Shown in pieces: positions 31,547-41,761 of a stretch of DNA of 64,000 nt. Location: positions 96,001 through 160,000 of the forward strand of contig CAWJGT010000003.1 in the NCBI GenBank assembly GCA_963842525.1, written 5' to 3'. This DNA is from an uncultured Holophagales bacterium. GTDB lineage: Bacteria; Acidobacteriota; Thermoanaerobaculia; Multivoradales; UBA5704. Positions within the stretch are counted from its first letter, which is position 1. Each line of letters opens with the position of its first letter. Made by a program: the position numbers and the translations under genes. Below the pieces are notes generated by a model that ran no database searches, was not told the DNA's origin, and saw only the letters and a program-made list of their open reading frames with translations.

Positions 31547-31818
31547 CACATCCCCTGTCCATCCGGGCCGATGGGGACCAGGAAGATGTCTATCGGCTCC
31601 ATCTGCACGTGCTCCACCCGGTAGATGGCCTGCGGCAGGACGGTCTGGCGCGGGCCGCGGAAGTACACCGAATAGGGCTGCTTGCGGGGGCCGTCGTGCG
31701 GCTCGTGCAGCCGCACCTGGTAGAGGACGGCTTCCAGCGGAGCCTCGGCGCCGTAATGGATGCGGAAGGGCGTATTGAGATGCTCCTCGAACGAGGAGTG
31801 GGTTAAATCCTGCAGCAT
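31525..31818 (-). CDS. DUF6916-like small protein
   Basis: F..HLNT.F, R.P(Y/F)S..FRGP...LPQ.IY..EH..IFLVPIGP..YEAVFN; RBS AGGAGG; convergent overlap with the GNAT gene. Confidence 0.8.
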   Translation of the reverse strand: MLQDLTHSSFEEHLNTPFRIHYGAEAPLEAVLYQVRLHEPHDGPRKQPYSVYFRGPRQTVLPQAIYRVEHVQMEPIDIFLVPIGPDGQGMCYEAVFN

Positions 31819-31912
31819 GGATCGATTCCTCCTGTCTGGGCTCAGCCCGACTCTAAACGACCGGGACGGGGATGTCGACCCGCCAAGCGAGCCGCTGCGA
31901 TAAGCTGAGGGC

Positions 31913-33686
31913 ATGGGACGAACGGTCGTTGCCTTCGCAGCGCTGCTCGCCTTCGGAGCTGTCGCCGTCCATGCCTCCGGCAGCCCCACGTGGCTCGAGC
32001 GGAGCAACGAGAACACCCGGCTCATGCTCGACGTGCAGGCACGGTTCAGTCCCGAGACCTCCGGCGTGTTCGGGGTCGAGGGGCTCGACGAGATGGTGGT
32101 GGGCCTGCCGCTCGACCGCCCCGCCCAGGAGGCGCAGGCCTGGGAGACGGCGGTGGCCGAGCTCGAACGGAGGCTCGCGGTCGAACGGGATCCGGCGGTG
32201 CGCCTGGACCTCGAAATCCTGATCGATGCCGGGAAGCGGTACGTCCAGGACCTGCGTCTCGAACGGAAATACTTTCTCCCTGTCTTCAACCTGCCGCAGA
32301 TGGTCTTCCAGGGGCTTCGCGCCCTGCTCGAAGACCGGGTGCCGAAGGAGCGCCATCCGGCCGCGCTGGTGCGCCTGCGCAAGTACGCCGGGGTCGAGCC
32401 GGGCACCACGTCGCTCGCCGCCCAGGCGACCGCCTTGCTGCGCGACCGGCTCGATGATCTCGACGATCCCGGGCTGCTCCCGCCGTTCCGCGACGACCTT
32501 GAGCGGCAGCTCAACAACTCGTCCCGCTTCGTGACAGGGACCGCCGATCTGTTCCGGCAATACGGTTTGACCGGCTGGGAGGAGCCCTACGCGAAGCTGA
32601 AGGACCAGCTCGACGCCTATGACGCGTTCCTCCGCGCCGAGGTGCTGCCGCGGGCCCGCCAGGACTTCCGGCTGCCCGAGGAGGTCTACCGTTTTCGCCT
32701 CCGCCAGCGCGGCATCGACATGAGCCTCGAAGATCTCGTGAGCCGGGCGAAGACCAGCTTCCGGGAGATCCAGAACGAGATGCAGACCGTGGCCGCGCTG
32801 GTCGCGAAGGAGCGCAATCTTCCTTCTTCTGACTACCGCGACGTCATCCGTGCCTTGAAGCGCGAGCAGCTCGTCGGCGAAGCGATCGTCCCGCACTACC
32901 AGGCGCGTATCGCCGACCTCGAACGGCTGATCCGCGAAAACAAGGTGGTGACGCTGCCGCAGCGGTCGATGCGTATTCGTCTCGCCAGCGCGGCCGAGAG
33001 CGCCGCCGTTCCCATGCCGAACGTGCCGCCCGTGCGCCTCCTCGGCAACACCGGCGAGACCCCCGAGCTCGTCCTGCCTCTGCGCATCCCCGGTGAAGCG
33101 GGCGAGGGACAGGTCGGCTTCGACGACTTCACGTTCGAAGCCGCCTCGTGGACGCTGACCGCCCACGAAGGGCGTCCCGGGCACGAGCTGCAGTTCAGCT
33201 CGGTCATCGAAAAAGGGGTGTCGATCGCGCGGGTCATGTACGCCTTCAACAGCGTCAACGTCGAGGGGTGGGCGCTCTACGCCGAGGCGGAGATGAAGCC
33301 GCTGCTGCCGCTCGACGGCCAGCTCATCGCTCTCCAGCACCGCCTGCTGCGCGCCGCTCGCGCCTTCCTCGATCCCGGGCCTGCAGACCGGCGCCATCTC
33401 GCGCGAGGAGGCGTTCCGCGTCCTCGAAGAGGAGGGTGCCTTCTCCCATGCCATGGCCCTCCAGGAGGTCGAGCGCTACACCTTCCGCACTCCGGGTCAG
33501 GCGCCCTCCTATTTCGTCGGCTATTGCCGTCTCCTGGAGCTGCGGACCGATGTCGAGCGGTTGCTCGGCGACCGCTTCGACCGCCAGACCTATCACGATT
33601 TCGTCCTCGCCCAGGGATTGCTCAGCCCGGCGCTGCTGCGCAAGGTGGTGATGGAGCAGTTCGTGCCGGCGCAACGGCCCAGATGA
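31913..33686 (+). CDS. DUF885-family secreted metallopeptidase-like protein with a +1 frameshift near 33375
   Basis: HEGRPGHELQ, EGWALYAE and RAAR..LD.GL; the C-terminus EVERY...PGQA.SY..G is in the next frame. Confidence 0.85.
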
Positions 33687-33749
33687 CGAATGGATATAGG
33701 ACCTCGTGACCTCGCAATGTTAAGCTGAAGGTCATCGAAGGGAGCTCTT

Positions 33750-35213
33750 ATGGCGGGAGAGGAAAGAGCGAACAGGCCCAAGCGGTGCTTCGTTGTCATG
33801 GGCTTCGGGCTCAAGACCGACTACGTCACGGGGCGGAAGCTCGACCTTGACAAATCGTACCGGCTGCTGATCAAGCCCGTTGTGGAGGAGAACGGCCTCG
33901 CCTGCGTCCGGGCCGACGAGATCCGCCATTCCGGGAGCATCGATGTGCCCATGTATCAGGAGCTCTTGACGGCCGACCTTGTCATCGCCGACCTCTCGAC
34001 GGCAAACCCAAATGCTCTCTATGAGCTGGGAGTCCGGCACGCGTTACGGCCAGAGACGACGATCGTGATCTCCGAGAGCAAGTTCCCCTATCCTTTCGAC
34101 CTGAACCACATTTCGATCACCAGCTATACTCATCTGGGCGAGGCCATCGATTACGACGAGGTCACGCGATTCCGCCATGTGTTGGGCGAGACGATCCAGG
34201 CCGTCCTCAAAGAACCGAAGACGGACAGTCCGGTCTACACGTTCCTGAGCCAACTCACGCCTCCCTCGCTCGGCGGGCCTGCCGCCCAGGCGATGGCGCA
34301 AGCCGAAGAGGCCCTGGAGCAGGCGGGTAAGGCCGTGGCTGCGGTGGCGGACAGTATCCAGCCTCCCGAGCCCGGCCCCGAGGACAGGACGCTGGCCATG
34401 CTCATCGCGGAGGGAGAACAGGCGATCCGCGCGGACCGCTTCTCCGACGCGAAGACCCTGTTCGATCGCGCCCGGAGGCGCTCCATGGACAGGCCCGACA
34501 GCGATCCCCTGCGGCATGATCCCTACCTCATCCAGCGCTCGGTGCTCGCGACCTACAAGGCCCAGCAACCCGACGAGCTCTCGGCTCTGCGCGCGGCGCA
34601 AGATGTGCTTGCTCCGCTCGGCCCCGAGGAATCCAACGATCCGGAGACGGTGGGGCTGGCTGGCTCCATCGCGAAGCGGCTCTTCGAAAGGGGCGAGGGG
34701 GATGAGCATCTCACTCAAGCCATCTGGTATTTCGGGCGGGGCTACTATCTCCGGAACGATAGTTATAACGGGATCAGCCTGGCCTATTTGCTGAACGTCC
34801 GCACCGATACTCCGCTCGACCCGACGAATGAGGACAAAATCGCCGATCTCGTCTGGGCCAATCGCATCCGGCGCGAAATCCTCCCTCTGTGCCACCGGGA
34901 ATTGCAGGAGATCCTCGATCGCGAGGAGCGGACGCAGACGAAACACGACGATCTCGTGAAGGAGCAGAAGGCTCGGGACCGAGAAAAGAAATTCTGGTGC
35001 ATTGCCACAATGGCTGAAGCCCAGCTCGGCCTCGGCGAGCTCGCCAATTTCGAGCGGATGCGATCCCAAGCCCGGAAGCACTTTCCCGCAGACTGGATGG
35101 TGTCTACCTTCGAGGAGCGTATCGAGAGGCTGAGAAGGCTTCTCGAAAAGCACGGTCATCTCCTGAATCCGCCATGGCCCGGAAGCCTGGCCGGCCCTGG
35201 CGGTCCGGGCTGA
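33750..35213 (+). CDS. Deoxyribohydrolase/TIR-like domain plus TPR (DUF4071/MAP3K TRAF-binding-like) protein
   Basis: CFVVMGFG, RADE, ADLVIADLST.NPNALYELGVRHAL; DPET.GLAG.I.KR; Y.GI.LA.L; W..AT.AEA. Confidence 0.8.
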   Translation: MAGEERANRPKRCFVVMGFGLKTDYVTGRKLDLDKSYRLLIKPVVEENGLACVRADEIRHSGSIDVPMYQELLTADLVIADLSTANPNALYELGVRHALRPETTIVISESKFPYPFDLNHISITSYTHLGEAIDYDEVTRFRHVLGETIQAVLKEPKTDSPVYTFLSQLTPPSLGGPAAQAMAQAEEALEQAGKAVAAVADSIQPPEPGPEDRTLAMLIAEGEQAIRADRFSDAKTLFDRARRRSMDRPDSDPLRHDPYLIQRSVLATYKAQQPDELSALRAAQDVLAPLGPEESNDPETVGLAGSIAKRLFERGEGDEHLTQAIWYFGRGYYLRNDSYNGISLAYLLNVRTDTPLDPTNEDKIADLVWANRIRREILPLCHRELQEILDREERTQTKHDDLVKEQKARDREKKFWCIATMAEAQLGLGELANFERMRSQARKHFPADWMVSTFEERIERLRRLLEKHGHLLNPPWPGSLAGPGGPG

Positions 35214-35274
35214 GTAGCCCGTCAGACTCTCCTTCTCGCCCCGACCTGCTGGTCGGACCGCCGGAGAACATGAA

Positions 35275-35827
35275 ATGCGAACGACACTCCCTGCTGCAGT
35301 GATCTGCCTTCTGGTCGCCAGCAGGCGGCGACCTTGGCATCGATCCCCAGCGCGTGGCCGGCTACGGGACTTCCGCCGGCGGTCATCTAGTGGCCAGCGC
35401 AGTCACCGTAAGTTGCCCGCCAGCAGGCACCGAAACGGCACGTGCCGAGCCGGACCTGCTCCTGTTGTGGTCGCCTGCGCTCGACATGGCGCGGGACGGA
35501 TGGTTTGAGAAGAAGCTGCAGGGCCGGGCTCCGGTGAACGACTACTCGCCCGCAGACCACGTCAGCGCGACGACACCGCCGACGAGCATCGTCCACGGCG
35601 CCGAGGATACGCTGACGCCGCTCGCGGGCGCCCGACGTTACTGCGATCGATTGGTCGCGGCCGGAAAAGCCTGCGAGCTGAACGTGTACAAGGGCGTCGG
35701 GCACCTCCTGACGAGGAACCTGGCGAACCAGGAGAGCGACTACGATCCCGACCCCGAAGCACGCGCCGACGGCATCGCGCAACATGCGAGCTTCCTTCGG
35801 AAGATGGGCTTCATTCCATCTGGGTAG
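35275..35827 (+). pseudogene. Internally deleted alpha/beta hydrolase
   Basis: A signal-peptide start is joined out of frame to IDPQRV..G.SAGGHL..IVHG.ED..GVGH; the N-terminal HGG region is missing. Confidence 0.7.
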
Positions 35828-36007
35828 GCTCCCCGGAGCACACAGATCCTTGCAACCGGTCCCACCCACCTGAGGCGGCCGTCCGCCCCACGAAGGTCTC
35901 CGCTGGGAGCGCCGGCATCCTTGCCGGCGATCCCTGCAAATCTAAACCCCAAGCCCCAGCGGTGCGTTGGCCTTCCTCCATGCCCTGGGCCGTTCCCACC
36001 GCCCATG

Positions 36008-36271
36008 GCCCTCAGAGTCCGGCAGATGGCCCTCAAGGGCCGGCAGGATGCCCTTGAGAGCAGCCGCATCGCCCTCAGGGGCGAGCACGTTGCTCCTAGT
36101 GGCGAGCTCATGGCCCCCAAGGGCGAGTGCGTTGCCATCAGGGGCCGGAGCATGGCCCTCAAGAGCCGGCGCGCTGCTCTCAAGGGCGAGCTCATGGCCT
36201 CCAAGGGCGAGCGCGTTGCCCTCAGGGGCGAGCCGATGGCCCCCAGGGGCGAGCACGTCGCCCTCAAGGGC
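36008..36271. repeat. Tandem array of 13 x 21-bp units with palindromic core GCCCTCAAGGGC
   Basis: Cores at 36008, 36029, 36050 ... 36260 with an exact 21-bp period and variable 9-bp linkers. Confidence 0.88.
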
Positions 36272-36588
36272 CAGTTCCCCCAGGATAGGTGCCGGCCACT
36301 TAGTTTGGGAGGCATCTCGTGCGTTGACTCTCCTAAAGCAGGGGTGTATGCTCTTCTAAGTTGAGGGGCGACAAGACGTTAGCGCCGGAGGAGCGAAGAT
36401 CGGCGAGGTGCTTAGCCGGCGCGTAGAAGCCCTAAGAAAGTCGCTCACGCAGACGGTTGAACTAAACCGCTACGCGGTAGTGCCCTCCGAGCCGAATTTC
36501 GCTTTTTTTAGCCGATTTCTTCTCCAAGACGACAAACGTTTCTGAGCGGTCTACCTTTCGGGCTGTACTTTCCCGAAAGGAGGACCCC

Positions 36589-36810
36589 ATGACAGAGATG
36601 CGTCACGGATGGAAGAGGAGTTGAAGCTGCGGGGCTACAGCCCGCGCACACATGAGGCGTACATCCACTGGGAACGCCAGTTTGCCGCGCACTATCGTCG
36701 GCCGCCCGAGCAGATGGGAGCTGAAGAGGTTCGCGCCTACCTGGTCGATCTTCTCGAAAATCGTAAGCTGGCGCGGTCGTCGTTGGTTCAGGCCTTGTGC
36801 GCTTTTCGTG
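36589..36810 (+). pseudogene. Tyrosine recombinase N-terminal SAM-like domain remnant
   Basis: MTEMR/MEEELKLRGYSPRT..AY..QFA.HY.R.P..MG.EEVRAYL; frameshifted after codon 6 and lacking a catalytic domain. Confidence 0.75.
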
Positions 36811-37036
36811 CGAGCCGGCGTACTGTTGGTCGCTCTTTGTACTCTGGGCTTGGTCGCCGGCATCTGTGGCATCCTGTTCAATCTTCGCCCGTTGCGCGCT
36901 GCCCTTACGATTCCTCTGATCGGGACCGCTGCCAACGCAATCCTTTTGTGGTACTACGCACCGCCATTCCTGGGACTCGCCTTCTAGTCGAGGGGATATT
37001 GAACTCTGGTGAAGTAGCGGCGGCGAAGCTGCTGCC

Positions 37037-37138
37037 GCCCCTACCGGGGCTTGGAAATAATTTTGTCTCTATTTACCCGGGGTCGCCGCTCCTTCGTCGC
37101 TCTGACCCCGGGCTACACGCCGTGAGCCCCTCCGGGGC
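37037..37138. repeat. Three-hairpin REP-like element, family C
   Basis: GCCCC..GGGGC, CCCGGGGTC..GACCCCGGG, GCCCC..GGGGC; same architecture at 62663-62759. Confidence 0.7.
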
Positions 37139-37211
37139 CTTTTCTGTTGGAGCCTATTTGGCAGGCGGAGAGACTTGGTACACTTCGACGGACTTTCGAG
37201 GACAACAGATC

Positions 37212-38111
37212 ATGACGGCTCCTGAGACTCTCGACAACCTGTTTCGCGTGGCCGTATCGGCGATGGACGCCGGTGATTTGGCCACGCTGCAACGCCTGCT
37301 GGGCGAGCATCCAAGGCTGGTGTGTGACCGCATCGACTCTCCCGGCGACTGGTTGCGCGACACGGTGGGCGACGCGCTCGACGGATTCTTCCAGCGGCCC
37401 TATCTGCTTTGGTTCGTGGCGGAAGATCCGGTCCGCAATGGCAAGCTGCCTGGGAACATCGCGGAGGTGGCTCGCGCGATCATTCAGGCGGCAGAGCGCC
37501 AGGGCGTGGACAGCTTGCAGGAACAGCTCGATTATGCCCTTCGACTGGTGGCCTGGTCATGGATCGCACGGGATTGCAGTGTGCAGACAGTGCTCATCGA
37601 TGTGCTGATCGATGCCGGTGCTTCGCCGGGTGACACGATTACGCATGACGCTCTCATCAACGGCAACTTCGCCGCGGCCGAACGTCTCGTTGAGCGCGGC
37701 GCGAATCTGACGTTGGCGACTGCCCTTTGTCTGGAACGTTGGGACGACGTGGCGCGTCTCGGGCCGACGGCAAGCGGCAGGGACAAGCAGGTGGCGCTGG
37801 TCCTCGCCGCTCTCAACGGCAAGGCAGAGGCGCTCGCGAGGCTGCTCGACCTCGGCATCGACCTGAATGCCTACAGCACCGACATCTACACGCATGCGAC
37901 GGCCCTTCATCACGCCGTGTCTTCGGGCTCGCTGGATGCGGTGAAGGTGCTCGTGGAAGCCGGGGCCGAGCTCGGCACCAAAGACCGCGCCTGGGATGGG
38001 ACGCCGTTGGAGTGGGCCGAGCATTACAGTCGCGAAGCGAAGGGAGAGGGCGCAGGGAAACTCTACCCCGAAATCGCCGTATACCTTCGTGAAAATGCTG
38101 GAGGTGCGTGA
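37212..38111 (+). CDS. Ankyrin repeat protein
   Basis: TALHHAV.SG.LDAVKVLVEAGA, GTPLEWA, A.DAGDL..L..LL. Confidence 0.85.
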   Translation: MTAPETLDNLFRVAVSAMDAGDLATLQRLLGEHPRLVCDRIDSPGDWLRDTVGDALDGFFQRPYLLWFVAEDPVRNGKLPGNIAEVARAIIQAAERQGVDSLQEQLDYALRLVAWSWIARDCSVQTVLIDVLIDAGASPGDTITHDALINGNFAAAERLVERGANLTLATALCLERWDDVARLGPTASGRDKQVALVLAALNGKAEALARLLDLGIDLNAYSTDIYTHATALHHAVSSGSLDAVKVLVEAGAELGTKDRAWDGTPLEWAEHYSREAKGEGAGKLYPEIAVYLRENAGGA

Positions 38112-38251
38112 GGCGAAGGCGGACCAGCGGTGGGCTCGAAAGGGTAGGGAAGACCTGGCTCCGGGGGGATCGGAGAGGGGAACCACGACGCCCGTGCCCT
38201 TTGGGGCAGCGAGCACGGGCGGTTGTCAAATCCGGCGTGGTCTTTACCGAT

Positions 38252-38536
38252 TTACAACATGTCGCGATGGTCCCGAGGACCTCCAGCCCCTCCGGTGCGG
38301 GGTCGAGCCTCGTTGACATTGAGCTTCCGGCCCATCATGTCCCGCCCGTTCAAGCCGTTGATCGCCGCTTCGGCTTCCGAGTGCTCGGGCATTTCGAGGA
38401 AGCCGAAACCCTTGGACTGCCCCGTCATCTTGTCCTTGATGATGGTGCAGGACACGACCGTGCCGTACTCCTCGAAGGCTTGCTTGAGATCGTCTTCGGT
38501 GAGACGGTAGGGCAGGTTGCCGACATACAGGTTCAT
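38252..38536 (-). CDS. RRM-domain RNA-binding protein
   Basis: RNP2 LYVGNL, RNP1 KGFGFLEM, VNEARPR; RBS AAGGAG. Confidence 0.95.
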   Translation of the reverse strand: MNLYVGNLPYRLTEDDLKQAFEEYGTVVSCTIIKDKMTGQSKGFGFLEMPEHSEAEAAINGLNGRDMMGRKLNVNEARPRTGGAGGPRDHRDML

Positions 38537-38678
38537 CGATTCTCTCCTTTGGGGCTTGGGTCTCGGCCCATATATCTTGCAAAAGATCTGCCCGATTTAT
38601 CGATAAACGTGAAATTATCGCGCGGAGGCCTGCGGGAGGGATGCAGGCGGCGGGGGACCGCCCCGCCGCCGTGAGGGC

Positions 38679-40901
38679 TCAGCCCATCGAGGGATAGAGC
38701 TGCCGGTAGCTGTCGGTCAGCACCAGGACGCGCTTGACGTAATCGCGGGACTCGTCGATCCCCAGGTTCTCGACGAAGTCGTCGAGCTCGGCCTCGGGCC
38801 CGGCCTCCTTCCACAGCCGCTGGATGCGGTTCGGCCCGCCGTTGTAGCCGGCGACCGCGAGCTCGACGTTGCCGTCGAACATGTTGAGGAGCTGCCGGAG
38901 ATAGGCCGTGCCCAGCTCGATGCTGAACTCCGGGTCGTAGAGCCCGTCGGACGGATAGCGGCGGTCGAGCCGGCGCGCCGTCTCACTCGCCGTGGCCGGC
39001 ATGAGCTGCATGAGCCCGCGGGCGCCGACCGGGCTGGTGGCGCGCGGATCGAAGGCGCTCTCCTGGCGGATGATGCCGGCCACCAGGGGGGCGGGCAGAT
39101 CGTTCTCCCGGGCCTGGGCCAGGATCGTCTCGCCGTATTCCAGGGGATAGTAGGCGCGCAGGACCTCGTCCGGCACGGCCGACTGCCGGGGCCCGCCGAG
39201 GGCGGGGAAGGCCTCGCGCAGCAGGGCGATCGAGGTGCGGCGGCCACCGTCGCGGCCCATGATCAGGGCCTTGAGGGCCAGCAGGTCGCGCGGGTCCGCC
39301 TTCGCCTCCACGAGCTCCATCTCGCGGCCGGCGAGCTTGTCGAGGCCGAGGTCGGTCAAGGCCTTGGCCCGCTGCAGCAGGGGATCGACCAGCCAGGAGC
39401 CGGCGGAGCGTGCCAGCTCGATGTCGGAGGACACCGGCGGCACCCCCAGCCGGGCCATGGCGCGGCGGCGGTAGAAGTCGGTGGTGTCCGAGGAGGCGAC
39501 CAGCCGGCGGTAGGCCTGGCGAGCGCCGTCTTCCCGGCCGAGCTTCTCGAGCGCCCGCGCCTGCCAGTAGAGGCCGCGCTGGGCGTCCGTGTGGCCGGGA
39601 TAGATGTCGGCGAGCTCGGTCCACCAGGTCACGGCCTTCTCGAGGTCCTGGGCGCGGTATTCCTCCCAGCCGCGCTCCCAGAGCTTGCGGGCGCCGGTCG
39701 TGTCGCGCGTGTCGATGCGGCGCAGGATGCGTAGCGCATCCATGGCGGGCTCGAACAGACCGGCCGCCAGGAAGTCCTCGTAGAGCCCGCGCAGCGCGTC
39801 GACCGTCATCTGCGTGGCTCCGAGCTCGGCGGCCTTCGCCAGGTGGCGGTGCGAGGTCACCAGCAGGGCCCGCCGCTCGGCGCCGCCCAGGCGGAGCCCG
39901 GCGCTGGCCGTGGCCATGGCGCGTTCCCACTCCAGGCCGGCCTGCTCCACGGGATCGTGGGCGTCCACCTGATCGAGCACGGTGAGGGCGTCCTGCGCGC
40001 GATCCGCCTCGGTGAGGGCGCGCGCCTTGATGAGGTGCCATTCGAGGTCCCGCTCCGCGGCAGGGACGTGATCCAGGGTGTCCAGAGCGGCGGTGAGGCG
40101 CTCCACGTCGAGGAACGAGCGCGCGCGCTGCATGACCCCGCCGTTCGAGAGCACGTGGTTCCAGTCGATCGAGCCGTCCAGGGCGCGGAAGGTGTCGGCC
40201 ACCTCCAGTGCGCCGGCGGTCATGGGGGCGTCGACCAGCAGGCGGCGGGCCGCCTCGCGGCGCACCTGGTGGTCGTTCAGCTTCTTGCCCAGCTTCCAGG
40301 CGAGGTTTTCGATCTCGACGGCCTCCTCGCCGCCGATCTTCTGCCGCCGCGCCCCGTCGATCAGCTCCAGGGTGCGCCGCTCGTCGCCCGCCTCGTAGGC
40401 GAGCTCGGCGGCCTCCAGGAAGGCCCGGGCGCGCAAGGGCGACGCGGGGTAGTCGGCGATCAGCCGGCCGAGGACGGCGGCCGCCTTCTCGTGGTGCCCG
40501 TTGTCCTGGGCGCTCTCGGCGAGGAGGTAGAGGCGCCAGTCTTCGAACGCGTTGCCGGGGGCCGCGGCCTGCGCCAGGATCTCCTCGGCGAGCGCGAGCT
40601 CGTCCAGCTCGTGGGCGTACAGGCCTTCGAGGATGCGCGCGCGCTCCGCCTCGTCCGGATACCGGCGGGCGACCTCTCCAAGGAGATGGCGCGCCTCTTG
40701 CAAATCATTGTTGCGAAGGGCCTGGGCGGCCGGGGCGTAGCGAGAGGTGAAGGACCAGGGGCTGAAGGCGATGGGTGGGGAGGGTAGCGGTGGCGTTTCC
40801 GCCTGCACCTTGTCCGGGAGGCTCAACTGGATGTAGAGGAAGGCAACGACACAGAGCAGGAGGACAGCGGCAGCAAGACGAAAGCGTGAAAAATTCACCA
40901 C
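38679..40901 (-). CDS. Soluble lytic transglycosylase (Slt70-like) with TPR repeats
   Basis: IIRQESAF.P.A.S.VGARGLMQLMPATA, AGYNGG, ESRDYVKRV. Confidence 0.92.
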   Translation of the reverse strand: MVNFSRFRLAAAVLLLCVVAFLYIQLSLPDKVQAETPPLPSPPIAFSPWSFTSRYAPAAQALRNNDLQEARHLLGEVARRYPDEAERARILEGLYAHELDELALAEEILAQAAAPGNAFEDWRLYLLAESAQDNGHHEKAAAVLGRLIADYPASPLRARAFLEAAELAYEAGDERRTLELIDGARRQKIGGEEAVEIENLAWKLGKKLNDHQVRREAARRLLVDAPMTAGALEVADTFRALDGSIDWNHVLSNGGVMQRARSFLDVERLTAALDTLDHVPAAERDLEWHLIKARALTEADRAQDALTVLDQVDAHDPVEQAGLEWERAMATASAGLRLGGAERRALLVTSHRHLAKAAELGATQMTVDALRGLYEDFLAAGLFEPAMDALRILRRIDTRDTTGARKLWERGWEEYRAQDLEKAVTWWTELADIYPGHTDAQRGLYWQARALEKLGREDGARQAYRRLVASSDTTDFYRRRAMARLGVPPVSSDIELARSAGSWLVDPLLQRAKALTDLGLDKLAGREMELVEAKADPRDLLALKALIMGRDGGRRTSIALLREAFPALGGPRQSAVPDEVLRAYYPLEYGETILAQARENDLPAPLVAGIIRQESAFDPRATSPVGARGLMQLMPATASETARRLDRRYPSDGLYDPEFSIELGTAYLRQLLNMFDGNVELAVAGYNGGPNRIQRLWKEAGPEAELDDFVENLGIDESRDYVKRVLVLTDSYRQLYPSMG

Positions 40902-41089
40902 ACCTCCAGTACGTCACGAGTGAGCTCTTACGACGGACGGGTTACCTTCCCCGACTCCGCCGGGTGGGTGCTTACAAAGAGCCCAACACCCATAGCTCTT
41001 CTTCCATTCCCCTTCCGGGAAATTTGTAAAAATTTCTGTCTGTTAGGATGTTGGCCCGGGCTGCTCGGGGTCCCGGGAAGGAGATAGGC

Positions 41090-41629
41090 ATGTCGATCCT
41101 GGATTGGCTGGGGCTGCGCCGCGAGGAGCCGGAGGCGGGCGCCGGCGGCGACACGGAGGGCGACACGGAAACAGTGCGGCGGATCGTGCGCGAGCTGCGG
41201 TCGCTGGAGCCGCCGCGGGCGCGCCATCTGGCCGCCTTCGCCTTCATCCTGGCGCGGGTGGCGCACGCCGACCTGGAGATCAGCGAGGAGGAGATGCGGA
41301 AGATGGAGCGCATCCTGCAGGACGTCGGCAAGCTGCCCGAGGCGCAGGCGGTGCTCGCGGTGGAGATCGCCAAGCGGCAGAGCGAGCTCTCGGGCGGCAC
41401 GGAGAATTTCCTGGTGACCCGCGAGCTCCGGGAGGTGGCCACGCGGGAGGAGTGCCGGGAGCTGCTCGACTGCCTCTTCGCCGTCTCGGCAGCCGACGAC
41501 TCGATCTCGAGCGCCGAGGAGTCGCAGATCCGCCAGATCGCCAGCGAGCTCGGCTTCAGCCTCGAAGAGTACGTGGAGATCCGCTCCGCCTGGAACGACA
41601 AGCGCGCGGTGCTCAAGGGGCTGCGGTAG
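41090..41629 (+). CDS. TerB-family protein
   Basis: VAHADLEISEEE and VSAADDSIS.AEE..IRQIA.ELG; RBS AAGGAG. Confidence 0.82.
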   Translation: MSILDWLGLRREEPEAGAGGDTEGDTETVRRIVRELRSLEPPRARHLAAFAFILARVAHADLEISEEEMRKMERILQDVGKLPEAQAVLAVEIAKRQSELSGGTENFLVTRELREVATREECRELLDCLFAVSAADDSISSAEESQIRQIASELGFSLEEYVEIRSAWNDKRAVLKGLR

Positions 41630-41630
41630 C

Positions 41631-41675
41631 GCCCTCTCCCCCTGGCCCCTCTCCCGCGAGAGCGGGAGAGGGGGA
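41631..41675. repeat. REP-like palindrome, family A
   Basis: CCCCTCTCCCGC-GAGA-GCGGGAGAGGGG directly after the stop codon. Confidence 0.8.
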
Positions 41676-41761
41676 ATGCGTCTGCCGACATCCTTGCGCC
41701 CCTGCCTCGTCGTCTGCGACAATGCCGCCGTTTCCTCAGCCGATGCCGAAGGGGAGGTGCG

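Noticed and set aside
36370-36590. Integron attC/attI site near the integrase stub
   Set aside because: GTTAG and hairpins are present, but there are no matching RYYYAAC/GTTRRRY boxes and no IntI catalytic domain.
36609-38111. 500-aa integrase-ankyrin fusion
   Set aside because: The middle crosses another gene's remnant and a REP-like element. It is better explained as chance read-through, with the ankyrin gene starting at 37212.
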